64,000 nt of DNA from Alcaligenes sp. (GTDB taxonomy: Bacteria; Pseudomonadota; Gammaproteobacteria; Burkholderiales; Burkholderiaceae_B). The notes below the pieces were generated by a model. The model saw nothing but the letters and a program-made list of their open reading frames with translations, was not told where the DNA came from and made no database searches. The stretch spans positions 15,692-79,691 of the forward strand of contig JBQEAN010000004.1 of the NCBI GenBank assembly GCA_052109075.1, read 5' to 3'. Positions within the stretch are counted from its first letter, which is position 1. Each line of letters opens with the position of its first letter. This document shows, piece by piece, positions 28,296-38,453 of this stretch. The position numbers were made by a program, and so were the translations under genes.

Positions 28296-31200
28296 GTGTC
28301 TCAAAATACAGGCAAGGGGGCTAAGGAGTTTGAAGCGTCCCGTACAGATATTAATAAAAGAAATACGTCGTCTGGTGCAATCGCCATTATTGGTATGGCG
28401 TTTCGCTTCCCGGGCGATCTATCGCAACCCGATCAGTTCTGGAATGCCTTAATTGAAAAGCGCGACCTAGTCACTGAAATCCCAGCCGATCGTTGGGCGA
28501 CGCAGGAGTTGCAGCACAATAAACGCTCCGAGCCAGGCCGTAGCGTTACTTTTTCTGCGGGCGTGTTGTCGCGTATCGACGAGTTTGATGCGGATTTTTT
28601 CGGTATTTCCCCACGCGAAGCGGCCTGGTTGGACCCTCAGCAGCGTTTGTTGTTAGAGCTGTCTTGGGAAGCCATGGAAAATGCCGGGGTATTACCATCG
28701 GCAATGGCAGGCAGTGATTGTGCCGTTTATGTCGGTATTTCCGGTCTGGATTACGGCATGCGTGGTCTGGACGATTTGGCCAGCCTTACCTCTCACATGA
28801 TGACCGGTAATACCTTGAGTATTGCCGCTAATCGCCTGTCTTATATTTACGATTTACACGGCCCTTCGATGGCCGTGGACACCGCCTGTTCGTCGTCGCT
28901 GGTCGCTTTACACCAGGCCTGCGCCAGCTTGCGTAATGGCGAGGCGTCGACTGCTTTGGTCGGTGGCGTCAATCTTTTGCTGCACCCGTATCCCTTTGTC
29001 GGCTTTACCAAAGCCTCCATGCTGTCGGCTGATGGTCGCTGCAAAGCATTTGATGCCGCTGGCAATGGCTATGTGCGCTCCGAGGGTGGGGCGGTTGTCA
29101 TGCTCAAGCCGCTGGAACAGGCGTTGGCGGATGGTGATGAAGTTCAGGCCGTGATTCTGGCCACGGGCGTGAATGCGGATGGTGCCCGCAAAACTGGTAT
29201 CACTATCCCTAGCTGTCAGGGGCAAATTGAATTGATGCGCTCCGTGCTGGAGCGTAGTGGCCTGACGGCTGCCGAGGTGGATTTTGTTGAAGCCCACGGC
29301 ACGGGAACGGCAGTGGGTGATCCGATTGAAACCACCGCCATTAGCGCAGTTTATGGCAAGGAGCGCGAGCAGCTCCTGCCTATCGGTTCGGTCAAAGCTA
29401 ATTTGGGCCATATGGAATCGGCCTCCGGCATGGCGGGTCTGGTCAAGGCAGTGTTGGCTTTGCAGTATCAAGCCCTGCCTCCTGCTCTGCATTTGAACAC
29501 TCCTAATCCCGCTATTGATTTCGATGGTTTGAACCTGGAACTGCTGACTCAGGCGCGTATGTTGCAGCGTGCGGATGGCAAGCCCTTGGTCGCCGGGGTG
29601 AACTCGTTTGGGTTTGGCGGTGCCAACGCCCATGTGTTGTTACAAGCGCCTGCCGCTGTTCCTGACACTCAGTCCAGTTTGCCGGAAGCGGGTTTGCCAC
29701 CCTTGGCCTTGTCGGCCAAATCGGAAGGGGCTCTGCGCGAGCTGGCAGGTCATTATGCAGACAGACTAGACGGCGCGACACAACAGCACTTTTACGACGT
29801 CAGTTACGCTGCTGCCCATCGTCGTCAGGCCTTGGCTCGTGGTTTGATCATTCAACCTGAAACGGTCACAGAAGGCGTAGCGCGGTTGCGTGCTTACGCT
29901 CAAGGCAAGGACACTCAGGGCCTGCAAACTGTGGATGCGCTGGAAAAAGAAGGCCAGCTGGCCTTTGTCTACGCCGGAAACGGAGCGCAGTGGTTGGGTA
30001 TGGGCGTGACCTTGTTGCGTGAGTCTCCTCGTTTTGCCGCTTTGCTGGCTGATCTGGACTCCATGATGATGCCACTGGCGGGTTTCTCCCTGCTGGAACA
30101 ATTGCAGGCCGAACCGTCCGCGTCCCGAATGGACGACACCACGGTTGCTCAGCCCTTGCTGTTTGCCGTGCAGGTTAGTGTGACGCGCATGTTGCGCGAA
30201 GATGGTGTGACGCCTGATGCTGTTGCCGGTCATAGCGTGGGCGAGATTGCTGCTGCCTGGGCTGCTGGGGCGCTGGAGCTGGAGCAGGCCATTCGCGTGA
30301 TTTGTGCCCGCAGTCAGGCGCAAGGTTTGACCCGTGGACAAGGCCGGATGGCAGTGATTGGCCAGTCGCTGGAAGCCGTCAACACCCTGCTGGAAAGTCT
30401 GGGTGACGATTTGGGCGTGAATGTGGCGGGTGTAAATAGCCCCTCCAACATTACCTTGTCTGGCAGCTTGGAAGGTTTGCAACGCATCCAATCCGCAGTG
30501 GAAGGCCAAAGTGTATTTTTCCGTTTGCTGGACCTGGACTACGCGTTTCACAGTCCCTATATGGATGGCTTGTTACCGCATCTGCGCAAAAATCTGGGTG
30601 ATTTGCAGCCCGGTCAGAATGCTCCAAAAGCTCGTTTTGTCTCGACGGTTACGGGTGCAGAGTTAGCAGCCCAAGAATTGGGCGTGGACTACTGGTGGCG
30701 CAATATTCGCGAGCCCGTGCAGTTTCAGCAGGCTATTGCCTGCTTGGCCAAGCAAGGTTGCCGCGTATTCCTGGAAATTGGCCCACATGCCATCTTGCAG
30801 CGTTATATCCGTGAAACCCTGACGCAAGCTGATGTGCAGGGGGTGGTGTTGTCGAGCCTGAGTAAGCAGGATGATGGTGCCCAGCGCTTGGCTGACACTG
30901 TCTTGCGTACCTTGGCTTTATTGCCCACCCAATTGAAAGCCCGGTTCCCCGTGCCCGGTAGTCCCGTGGATCTGCCTGTGTATCCGTGGCAGCGTGAGCG
31001 TCACTGGTACAAGGCCAGCACCGAAGGCATGCGTTCTATTGAGCGCCGCCGTGTGCATGATCTGCTGGGTTGGCGCTTGCCCGATACCGAGCTTGGCTGG
31101 GAAAACGTGCTGGACCCTATGGTTCTGCCTTGGCTAGCCGACCACAAAGTGGGTGGCGCAATGGTTTACCCCGGCGCTGCCTACCTGGAAATGGCCTTGG

Positions 31201-34200
31201 CCGCTGCCCGAGAGTGGCTGGGTGAGGCCCTGATTCTGGTGGACGAGCTAGATATTCTGGCCCCATTGGTCTTTGACGGTGAGCATGCTCGCAGCTTGCG
31301 CTTTGTGCTGAATCCACGCGATGGCAGCTTCCATATCAAGAGCCGTCAACGCCTGAGTCAGGACGAATGGGTGATTCATGCCAGTGGCCGTATTCTGGCT
31401 TCCGATGGACGCATGCCTTTGGCTGAGCTGCAGCCCTTGGAGCACTCGGACCTTCAGATCGATCGTGACCGACACTATCGCCTGGCCCATACCTTGGGTC
31501 TGGATTACGGCCCAGCCTTTCAAGGCTTGAAGGCTGCGCAAGTGCAGGGTACCCATCTGAGTGCCCAACTGGATATGCCTATCAGCCTGGAGCAAGACAG
31601 CTATCTGCTGCATCCGGCCTTGATGGACGTGTGCTATCAATCCTTGGTGGATTTCTTCGCACAGGATATTGAGGCAGGCCAAGGCGTGGCCTTGCTACCT
31701 GTGAAAGTAGGGCGCTTTGCCTTGTCCACAGAAGGGCAGGTGACCCATTTCCGTGCGCATTTGCGCCGTAGTAGTGCTCGTTCGGTGCTGGCGGATTTTG
31801 AACTGTATGGCGCTGATGGTCGCTTGCTGGCCAGCGCACAGGGCTGCCGTTTCCGCGCTGCTTACTTTTTGCGGCAGGATCGCCATGCGGTTTCCAACTG
31901 GCAAATTACCCCCTACCTGCGCCCTCATCCGCGTGATCAGCACGTTGCTATTACGGTGTCTACCGGACAACTGGCTACAAGGGGTTGGGCCGCCCTGGCC
32001 GACCAGCAACAGGAGCGCGAAAACTGGTTCCAGCAAACTCTGCCTTTGCTGGATGCGCTGAGCCTGTCCTTTATTTATGAGGCCTTCCAGAGTCTGTCGG
32101 CTCAGCCCTCTGTCATCAGCGCCGAAGTGCTAAGTGGCCCCTATGGCCGCTGGATGAGCGATTTGCTGCGTCGTGAGGAACTGCTGCAAGATAACGAGCA
32201 CGGATGGAGTGTGGTGGAGCAGGCAGACATGCCGCCCGCCCAGGATTTGTGGCGCACGATTTTGCAGGATTCGCCCAACAGTCTGCCGCAACTGACCCAG
32301 ATTGGTTCGGTTGGCCGTCAACTGCCTGCTTTGCTGCGTGGTGAGGTGTCAGGTCAACAATTGCTGGCTGCGTTGCGTCGCTCTCCCGTGGTTGAGGTGT
32401 TGTACGACGACGACCCCATGTATTTGGGTGTGCGCTTGGCGTTGGAAGCTCAGTTGCGTGAGCTGGCTGCTAACTTGCCAGCATCCCAGCGACTGCGAGT
32501 GCTGGAAGTAGCCGTAGGCCCAAGCGATTTGCCCAAGATCTTGGCGGCGTGCCTGTCTGAAGATCAGTTTGACTATGTGCTGGCCCTGCCGGATGCCGAT
32601 TTGCAGGCACGTCAGGCAACCCAGCATCATGGTCTGGCGAATGTGCAGGTTGTTGGTTTTGATTTGCAGGAATGGCAACTGGAACAGCCAGACGCTACTG
32701 CATTTGATGTCGTGATTTTGCGCCACAGCTTGCACCGTACGGTGCATGTGCCCCCCGCACTGGCGCGTAGCAAACAGTGGTTAGCCAGCGGTGGCGTGTT
32801 GTTGCTGGCCGAGTGTCACCCGGATTGGCACGCAGACTTCTTGTCGGGTCTGGACCAGAGCTGGTGGCATGAAACTGGCCATCAACAATCCTCCTCCTTG
32901 TTGTCGCCCGAAGGCTGGCACAAGGCCTTGGAGCAAGTCGGCTTTGAACAGGTGCAAACCGCCGTTGAGCCTGCCGCCCACGAGCTAAGTGAAGGTGCTT
33001 ATCTGCTATTGGCCAATGCGGCCAAGGCTCAGCCCGAACAAGATACAGAGTCCGTGCCTGCTGCCAATTGGGTGCTGCTGTTTGATGATGCCTCCCAGGC
33101 GCAGGCCCAGTCGTTGCAGATCCGTTTACAAGCGACAGGCCAAACCGTCAGTGCTCAAACCTGGCCCTTGGCAGCCGATGCCTTGGCCGAGCAGGTGGCG
33201 ATCAATGTGGTGCAGATGCTGGGCTGGGGCGACTCCGTTGCCGCAGCCAGTGATAGCAGCGGCAAACTGTTGAGCCTGGCTCAAGGTTTGTCCGCACGTG
33301 CTGCTCAAAGCCGCTTGTGGCTAGTGACGCAAGGTGGTGCCTTGCCAGCGATGGCAGATAAGCTGGACTGGACGGTTAACCCGGCCCAGTCGGCACTGTG
33401 GGGATTTGGCCGTGTCTTGATGAATGAGCTGCCCGCTTTGTCATGTTCCATGATTGATCTGGCCGGTGATACCGCCGCTAGCGATATCAGCATCCGTTTG
33501 GAACGTGAACTACTGTGGCCAGATAATGCCACTGAAATTGTCTTGTCCCACGACGCACGTCATACCTTAGTGCTCGAAGATGCTACTCAGGCAGAACAGG
33601 CCCAACTGAGCCAGGACGCCCGCTTCAAGCTGGACTTCCAAGTGCCCGGGCAACTGCGTAATCTGGAATGGCAGGCCGTTCAAGCTCCGAAGCTGGCGGC
33701 AGATCAGGTTGAAGTCCGCACGATGGCTGCTGGCCTGAACTTCCGTGACGTGATGTATTTAATGGGCTTGTTACCCGACGAGGCGGTGGAAAACGGGTTT
33801 GCCGGTGCCAGCCTGGGCCTGGAGTTTTCAGGCGTGGTGACGCAAGTTGGTGCTGACGTTAAAGATGTGTCGGTAGGCCAGCCAGTGATGGGCTTTGGCT
33901 CCTCCTGCTTTGCCAGCCATGTGGTGACGCGTGCCGATGCGATTGCTCCCATGCCAGAGGGCTGGGATTTTGAGGCCGCCGCTACAGTACCTACCGTCTT
34001 TTTCACGGTGTATTACGCCTTGACTCACTTGGCTCACATCCAGCCTGGTGAAAAAATTCTGATTCATGGTGCCGCAGGTGGCGTGGGGATCGCAGCGATT
34101 CAGCTGGCCCGCCATTTGGGTGCAGAAATCTATGCCACCGCCGGTACGGATGAGAAGCGTGTGTTTGCTTCCCTGCTGGGTGCGGATCGTGTGTTTGACT

Positions 34201-35876
34201 CGCGCAGCTTGAGCTTTGCTCAGGATGTGATGGATGCCACTGGCGGTGCAGGTGTTGATGTGGTGCTGAACTCGCTGGCGGGTGAAGCCATGCGTCGCAG
34301 CCTGGACGTCTTGAGCCCCTTTGGTCGCTTCCTGGAGTTGGGTAAACGCGACTTCTTCGAGAACACGCCCATTGGTCTACGTCCCTTCAAGAGCAATATC
34401 AGCTACTTCGGAATTGATGCCGACCAGTTATTGACGGGTCGTCCTGCCTTGGCGGGGCGCTTGTTTAAAGAGGTCATGGAGCTGTTCCATGATGGCGCCT
34501 TGTTCCCCTTGCCGTATCGCAGCTTCAATGCGGAGCATGTGGTTGATGCCTTCCGCGCTATGCAGCAGGCTCGTCATATTGGCAAACTGGTGGTGTCCTT
34601 GAAGGATGCCCAGCCTAGCCTGCCAGCGCCTCGAGCCGCTGCTATTGATTTGTCCGCACAGGGGGCTTGGCTGGTAACGGGCGGTTTGTCCGGCTTCGGT
34701 CTGGCTTCAGCTCAGTGGCTGGTCAAACGTGGCGTCAAATCGTTGGTACTGGCTGGCCGTCGGGGGGCTGATACCCCTGGTGCACAGGAGCTGCTGGAGC
34801 AGTTCCAGGCGCAGGGCTGCCGAGTACAAGTCGTGGCGTGTGATGTTACCGACTACACCGCTGTACAGGCCGTAGTGGCGCAGATTCAGGCTGGCGAAGC
34901 CCCGCTGGCGGGTGTGCTGCATGCCGCCGCCGTGTTTGATGACCGCCTGATTGCCAATATGGATCAGGACAGTCTGGATAAAGTGCTGCAAACCAAACTG
35001 GTGGGTGCCTGGAATTTGCATCAGGCGACACAGGATTTGAAACTGTCGCACTTCGTGCTGTATTCCTCGGTGACGACCGCTATTGGTAACCCCGGTCAGG
35101 CCAATTATGTGGCTGCCAACGCGGGCCTGGAAGGCCTGACGCGCCTGCGTCAGAACCTGGGCCTGGCTGCATCTTGCATTGCTTGGGGACCCATCGGTGA
35201 TGCAGGCTACCTGACCCGTAACGAAACCGTTAAAGACAGTCTTGGAAAGCGCTTGGGCAAGGCTCCTTTGCAGGCTGAGCTAGCTTTGGACCAATTGGAT
35301 CGCGTACTGGCAGTCAATGGTGAGGTCTCCATTGTGGCTAACTTCGACTGGAATGCATTGGCTCGTTTGCTGGCCTCGGCGCAAAGCGAGCGCTTTGCCA
35401 TCTTGAACCGAGCCTGTAAAGACCATGACTCCGGCAGTGATGGACAGGATATCCATGCGCTGATCGCCGGTAAAACACCGGAGCAGATTCACGCCTTAGT
35501 CGCCGATTGGGTGGCCCAGGAAGTGGCCAACATTTTGCGTACCGAGGTAGACCGTATCGAGACCCAGCGTTCTTTGCATGATCTGGGCATGGACTCCTTG
35601 ATGGCGGTGGAGTTGGCCTTGGGCCTGGAGCAACGCTTTGGCGTGCAATTGCCGGCCATGGTGCTGAATGACTCGCCGACTGTCTGGAACGTGGCGGGCC
35701 GTATTGTGGACAAACTGACCGCCGGTGGCGAGGATTCGGTGGAACAGGAAGCCGGGCATTTAATAGCCGATGTTGTACGGCAGCACGGGGACGATATGTC
35801 CGAAGCGGACTTGCAAAGTCTGGCGCAGGATGTACAGCGATTGGCAGAAAAAGGGACAACATTGATCAATGAGTAA
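28296..35876 (+). CDS. wcbR: Single-module reducing type I PKS: KS-AT-DH-(degenerate MT)-ER-KR-ACP, no TE (WcbR-like)
   Basis: KS: DTACSSS, EAHGTGT, GHME. AT: GHSVG, YAFHS. DH: HKVGGAMVYP. ER: IHGAAGGVG. KR: TGGLSGFG, YVAAN. ACP: LGMDSL. It sits in a capsule export locus. Confidence 0.93.
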   Translation: MSQNTGKGAKEFEASRTDINKRNTSSGAIAIIGMAFRFPGDLSQPDQFWNALIEKRDLVTEIPADRWATQELQHNKRSEPGRSVTFSAGVLSRIDEFDADFFGISPREAAWLDPQQRLLLELSWEAMENAGVLPSAMAGSDCAVYVGISGLDYGMRGLDDLASLTSHMMTGNTLSIAANRLSYIYDLHGPSMAVDTACSSSLVALHQACASLRNGEASTALVGGVNLLLHPYPFVGFTKASMLSADGRCKAFDAAGNGYVRSEGGAVVMLKPLEQALADGDEVQAVILATGVNADGARKTGITIPSCQGQIELMRSVLERSGLTAAEVDFVEAHGTGTAVGDPIETTAISAVYGKEREQLLPIGSVKANLGHMESASGMAGLVKAVLALQYQALPPALHLNTPNPAIDFDGLNLELLTQARMLQRADGKPLVAGVNSFGFGGANAHVLLQAPAAVPDTQSSLPEAGLPPLALSAKSEGALRELAGHYADRLDGATQQHFYDVSYAAAHRRQALARGLIIQPETVTEGVARLRAYAQGKDTQGLQTVDALEKEGQLAFVYAGNGAQWLGMGVTLLRESPRFAALLADLDSMMMPLAGFSLLEQLQAEPSASRMDDTTVAQPLLFAVQVSVTRMLREDGVTPDAVAGHSVGEIAAAWAAGALELEQAIRVICARSQAQGLTRGQGRMAVIGQSLEAVNTLLESLGDDLGVNVAGVNSPSNITLSGSLEGLQRIQSAVEGQSVFFRLLDLDYAFHSPYMDGLLPHLRKNLGDLQPGQNAPKARFVSTVTGAELAAQELGVDYWWRNIREPVQFQQAIACLAKQGCRVFLEIGPHAILQRYIRETLTQADVQGVVLSSLSKQDDGAQRLADTVLRTLALLPTQLKARFPVPGSPVDLPVYPWQRERHWYKASTEGMRSIERRRVHDLLGWRLPDTELGWENVLDPMVLPWLADHKVGGAMVYPGAAYLEMALAAAREWLGEALILVDELDILAPLVFDGEHARSLRFVLNPRDGSFHIKSRQRLSQDEWVIHASGRILASDGRMPLAELQPLEHSDLQIDRDRHYRLAHTLGLDYGPAFQGLKAAQVQGTHLSAQLDMPISLEQDSYLLHPALMDVCYQSLVDFFAQDIEAGQGVALLPVKVGRFALSTEGQVTHFRAHLRRSSARSVLADFELYGADGRLLASAQGCRFRAAYFLRQDRHAVSNWQITPYLRPHPRDQHVAITVSTGQLATRGWAALADQQQERENWFQQTLPLLDALSLSFIYEAFQSLSAQPSVISAEVLSGPYGRWMSDLLRREELLQDNEHGWSVVEQADMPPAQDLWRTILQDSPNSLPQLTQIGSVGRQLPALLRGEVSGQQLLAALRRSPVVEVLYDDDPMYLGVRLALEAQLRELAANLPASQRLRVLEVAVGPSDLPKILAACLSEDQFDYVLALPDADLQARQATQHHGLANVQVVGFDLQEWQLEQPDATAFDVVILRHSLHRTVHVPPALARSKQWLASGGVLLLAECHPDWHADFLSGLDQSWWHETGHQQSSSLLSPEGWHKALEQVGFEQVQTAVEPAAHELSEGAYLLLANAAKAQPEQDTESVPAANWVLLFDDASQAQAQSLQIRLQATGQTVSAQTWPLAADALAEQVAINVVQMLGWGDSVAAASDSSGKLLSLAQGLSARAAQSRLWLVTQGGALPAMADKLDWTVNPAQSALWGFGRVLMNELPALSCSMIDLAGDTAASDISIRLERELLWPDNATEIVLSHDARHTLVLEDATQAEQAQLSQDARFKLDFQVPGQLRNLEWQAVQAPKLAADQVEVRTMAAGLNFRDVMYLMGLLPDEAVENGFAGASLGLEFSGVVTQVGADVKDVSVGQPVMGFGSSCFASHVVTRADAIAPMPEGWDFEAAATVPTVFFTVYYALTHLAHIQPGEKILIHGAAGGVGIAAIQLARHLGAEIYATAGTDEKRVFASLLGADRVFDSRSLSFAQDVMDATGGAGVDVVLNSLAGEAMRRSLDVLSPFGRFLELGKRDFFENTPIGLRPFKSNISYFGIDADQLLTGRPALAGRLFKEVMELFHDGALFPLPYRSFNAEHVVDAFRAMQQARHIGKLVVSLKDAQPSLPAPRAAAIDLSAQGAWLVTGGLSGFGLASAQWLVKRGVKSLVLAGRRGADTPGAQELLEQFQAQGCRVQVVACDVTDYTAVQAVVAQIQAGEAPLAGVLHAAAVFDDRLIANMDQDSLDKVLQTKLVGAWNLHQATQDLKLSHFVLYSSVTTAIGNPGQANYVAANAGLEGLTRLRQNLGLAASCIAWGPIGDAGYLTRNETVKDSLGKRLGKAPLQAELALDQLDRVLAVNGEVSIVANFDWNALARLLASAQSERFAILNRACKDHDSGSDGQDIHALIAGKTPEQIHALVADWVAQEVANILRTEVDRIETQRSLHDLGMDSLMAVELALGLEQRFGVQLPAMVLNDSPTVWNVAGRIVDKLTAGGEDSVEQEAGHLIADVVRQHGDDMSEADLQSLAQDVQRLAEKGTTLINE

Positions 35877-37209
35877 GAAAGATCTAGCGCCAGGCAGTAA
35901 AGCACAATTGATCCAGCGCATCTTGGGGCGTAAAACCGGTCATGCGGCCAGTGATGGCCGCATGACGGCTCAAATCGCGGCCCACCAAGGCGCGTCCAGC
36001 CATATCCCAGAGTCCTTTACCCGCTTTGATCGTCATCCCGGTTACGAGAAAATGCTGGTGCCCAAGGCCATGGCCGATCGTCTGGGTGTACGCAATCCCT
36101 TTTTTCGCAGCCACGATGGTGTGGCCGCTGCACGCACCCGTATTGGTGGGCGCGATTACTTGAACTTTGCCAACTACAACTACCTGGGCCTGTCTGCTCA
36201 CCCTGAAGTGAACGCTGCGGCTAAAGCTGCAATGGACCAGTACGGCACATCGGCCTCGGCCAGTCGTTTGGTGGCAGGCGAGCGTCGGGTGCAGCGTGAG
36301 CTGGAAGAAGAGTTGGCACAGAACTACGACGTGGACGATTGCGTGGTGTTTGTCAGTGGGCACGCCACCAACGTCAGCACGATTGGTTACTTGTTCGGCC
36401 CCAAAGATCTGGTTATCCACGATAGCCTGATCCACAACAGTATTTTGCAAGGCATCCAGCTATCGGGTGCCGCTCGCCGCTCCTTCCCGCACAACGACAG
36501 CGCCGCATTAGAGCGCATCCTGGCCGAGATTCGTGGGCAGTTCGAGCGGGTGCTTATTGTCATCGAAGGCTTGTACAGCATGGATGGCGACATTCCGGAC
36601 CTGCCTGCATTTATTGACATCAAACGGCGCTATAAAGCCTTTTTGATGGTGGATGAAGCGCACGCATTGGGCGTGCTGGGCAAGACCGGCCGGGGCTCGC
36701 ATGAATATTTTGGTGTGGCGGGCCGTGATGTGGATATCTGGATGGGTACGCTAAGTAAGACTCTGGCAAGCTGCGGCGGCTATATCGCTGGCGACCGCGC
36801 GCTGGTGGAATTGCTCAAGTACGCCGCCTCTGGTTTTGTATACAGCGTGGGGATCTCGCCTGTGCTGGCCGCTGCCTCTTTAAAAGCTTTGCAGATCATG
36901 CACCGGGAACCTGAGCGTGTGCAGACCCTGCAAGAGCGGGGTAGTCAGTTCTTGAGCACGATGCGTTCGCTAGGAGTCGATACTGGCTATGCCCAAGGCT
37001 ATGCCGTTATTCCAGCAATTACGGGTAGTTCCTTGAAAGCAGTCAGGTTGTCTGGTCAGTTGTTTGATGCCGGCCTGAATGTGCAACCGATTATTCATCC
37101 GGCGGTAGAAGAAAAGGCTGCACGTCTGCGCTTTTTCCTGTCGGCCAGTCATACCCAGGATGACATTGATTTAGCGTGCGAAACCGTTCACACGCTCATG
37201 AAGAAATAA
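35869..37209 (+). CDS. wcbT: PLP-dependent alpha-oxoamine synthase (BioF/SPT family), WcbT-like
   Basis: NYLGL, HNSI, SMDGD, DEAH and GTLSK (PLP lysine). It overlaps the PKS 3' end by 8 nt. Confidence 0.9.
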   Translation: MSKKDLAPGSKAQLIQRILGRKTGHAASDGRMTAQIAAHQGASSHIPESFTRFDRHPGYEKMLVPKAMADRLGVRNPFFRSHDGVAAARTRIGGRDYLNFANYNYLGLSAHPEVNAAAKAAMDQYGTSASASRLVAGERRVQRELEEELAQNYDVDDCVVFVSGHATNVSTIGYLFGPKDLVIHDSLIHNSILQGIQLSGAARRSFPHNDSAALERILAEIRGQFERVLIVIEGLYSMDGDIPDLPAFIDIKRRYKAFLMVDEAHALGVLGKTGRGSHEYFGVAGRDVDIWMGTLSKTLASCGGYIAGDRALVELLKYAASGFVYSVGISPVLAAASLKALQIMHREPERVQTLQERGSQFLSTMRSLGVDTGYAQGYAVIPAITGSSLKAVRLSGQLFDAGLNVQPIIHPAVEEKAARLRFFLSASHTQDDIDLACETVHTLMKK

Positions 37210-37211
37210 GC

Positions 37212-38411
37212 ATGGCTCAATTACTACACATAGCAGTTAGCAAGATTGCCGCAATGGGACGCCCCGTTGTGGCGAGCACCCTGGTCGCTGTACTGGCCGG
37301 ATGTGCCACGATGCCGGATTGGATGTCGGCAGACGGCCCCAGCCGCCAGCAAGTACAGGAACGGCGCGATGGTCGTATCGAAGGGATCACCCTGGTCAAT
37401 GTGACAGACGACCTGACTAAGAAACTGGCTGGAAAGAAACGCCTGGGTGATTTTGCCGCTCAGTTTCCTAGCACAGGCTCAAACCATTACCTGATCGGTC
37501 CAGGCGATGTACTGGAAGTATCCGTGTGGGAAGCCCCGCCTGCCATGTTGTTTGGCACTATCTCGCTGGATGCTAAGGCCATGGGGACCACGACGAATGC
37601 CGTGGCGTTCCCTCATCAAATGGTTACCCCGGATGGCATGATCAGCATGCCATTTGCAGGACGTATCACGGTCAGTGGGCGTAATACCCAACAAATTGAA
37701 GAAAGCATTGCTAAGCGTTTGCAGGGTAAAGCCAATAATCCTCAAGTTCTTGTGCGAGTCATCCAGAACAACACGTCCAATGTGACCGTGGTGGGTGAGG
37801 TCAATCAAAGCACCTTAATGCCGTTGACTCCTAAAGGCGAACGCCTGCTGGATGCCTTAGCGGCCGGTGGTGGCGTCAAGCAAGCGGTCAACCGCATCGC
37901 GATCCAGCTTTCACGCGAACAAAATACGGCGACGATGGCGCTGGACACAATCATTCGTAGCCCTCAGCAAAACATCATGTTGAAGCCCGGCGATGTGATT
38001 ACGGCGCTGTACCAGAACCAAAGTTTCTCCATCTTGGGCGCAACGGGCAAGAACGAAGAAGTTCCGTTTGAGGCCCAAGGCATTTCTCTGGTGCAGGCTC
38101 TGGCGCGGTCGGGTGGCCTGGATACCTCCCGAGCTGATGCGCGGGGTGTTTTCATCTTCCGTTTTGAGGACGCTGCTCTGGTTGAGGGTGCCCCCGAGTC
38201 TGCTTTGCTCGACAAGAAGGGCGTGGTGCCCGTGGTCTATCAGATCGACTTGCGTGATCCCGGCTCTTTCTTTGTCACCCAGAATTTCCCGGTTCAGGAT
38301 AAGGACGTGATTTACGTCTCTAACTCCCCAGCAGCGGAGTTCCAGAAGTTCCTGCGCCTGGTGGTGTCGGTGGCCGTGCCTAGTGTGACTTTGAACAATA
38401 TGGTGGATTGA
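37212..38411 (+). CDS. wza: Polysaccharide export outer-membrane lipoprotein (Wza/WcbC/CtrA, OPX family)
   Basis: Lipobox LAGC, IGPGDVLEVSVWE, DGMISMPFAG and SLBB repeats. Confidence 0.93.
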   Translation: MAQLLHIAVSKIAAMGRPVVASTLVAVLAGCATMPDWMSADGPSRQQVQERRDGRIEGITLVNVTDDLTKKLAGKKRLGDFAAQFPSTGSNHYLIGPGDVLEVSVWEAPPAMLFGTISLDAKAMGTTTNAVAFPHQMVTPDGMISMPFAGRITVSGRNTQQIEESIAKRLQGKANNPQVLVRVIQNNTSNVTVVGEVNQSTLMPLTPKGERLLDALAAGGGVKQAVNRIAIQLSREQNTATMALDTIIRSPQQNIMLKPGDVITALYQNQSFSILGATGKNEEVPFEAQGISLVQALARSGGLDTSRADARGVFIFRFEDAALVEGAPESALLDKKGVVPVVYQIDLRDPGSFFVTQNFPVQDKDVIYVSNSPAAEFQKFLRLVVSVAVPSVTLNNMVD

Positions 38412-38453
38412 TGGTAGCCATGAAGGGGAAGGCTTTCTTTGACAGGAGCCAGT

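Noticed and set aside
35869-37209. Calling the PLP enzyme bioF (biotin synthesis)
   Set aside because: No other bio genes are nearby. It is coupled to a TE-less PKS in a capsule locus, matching WcbT.
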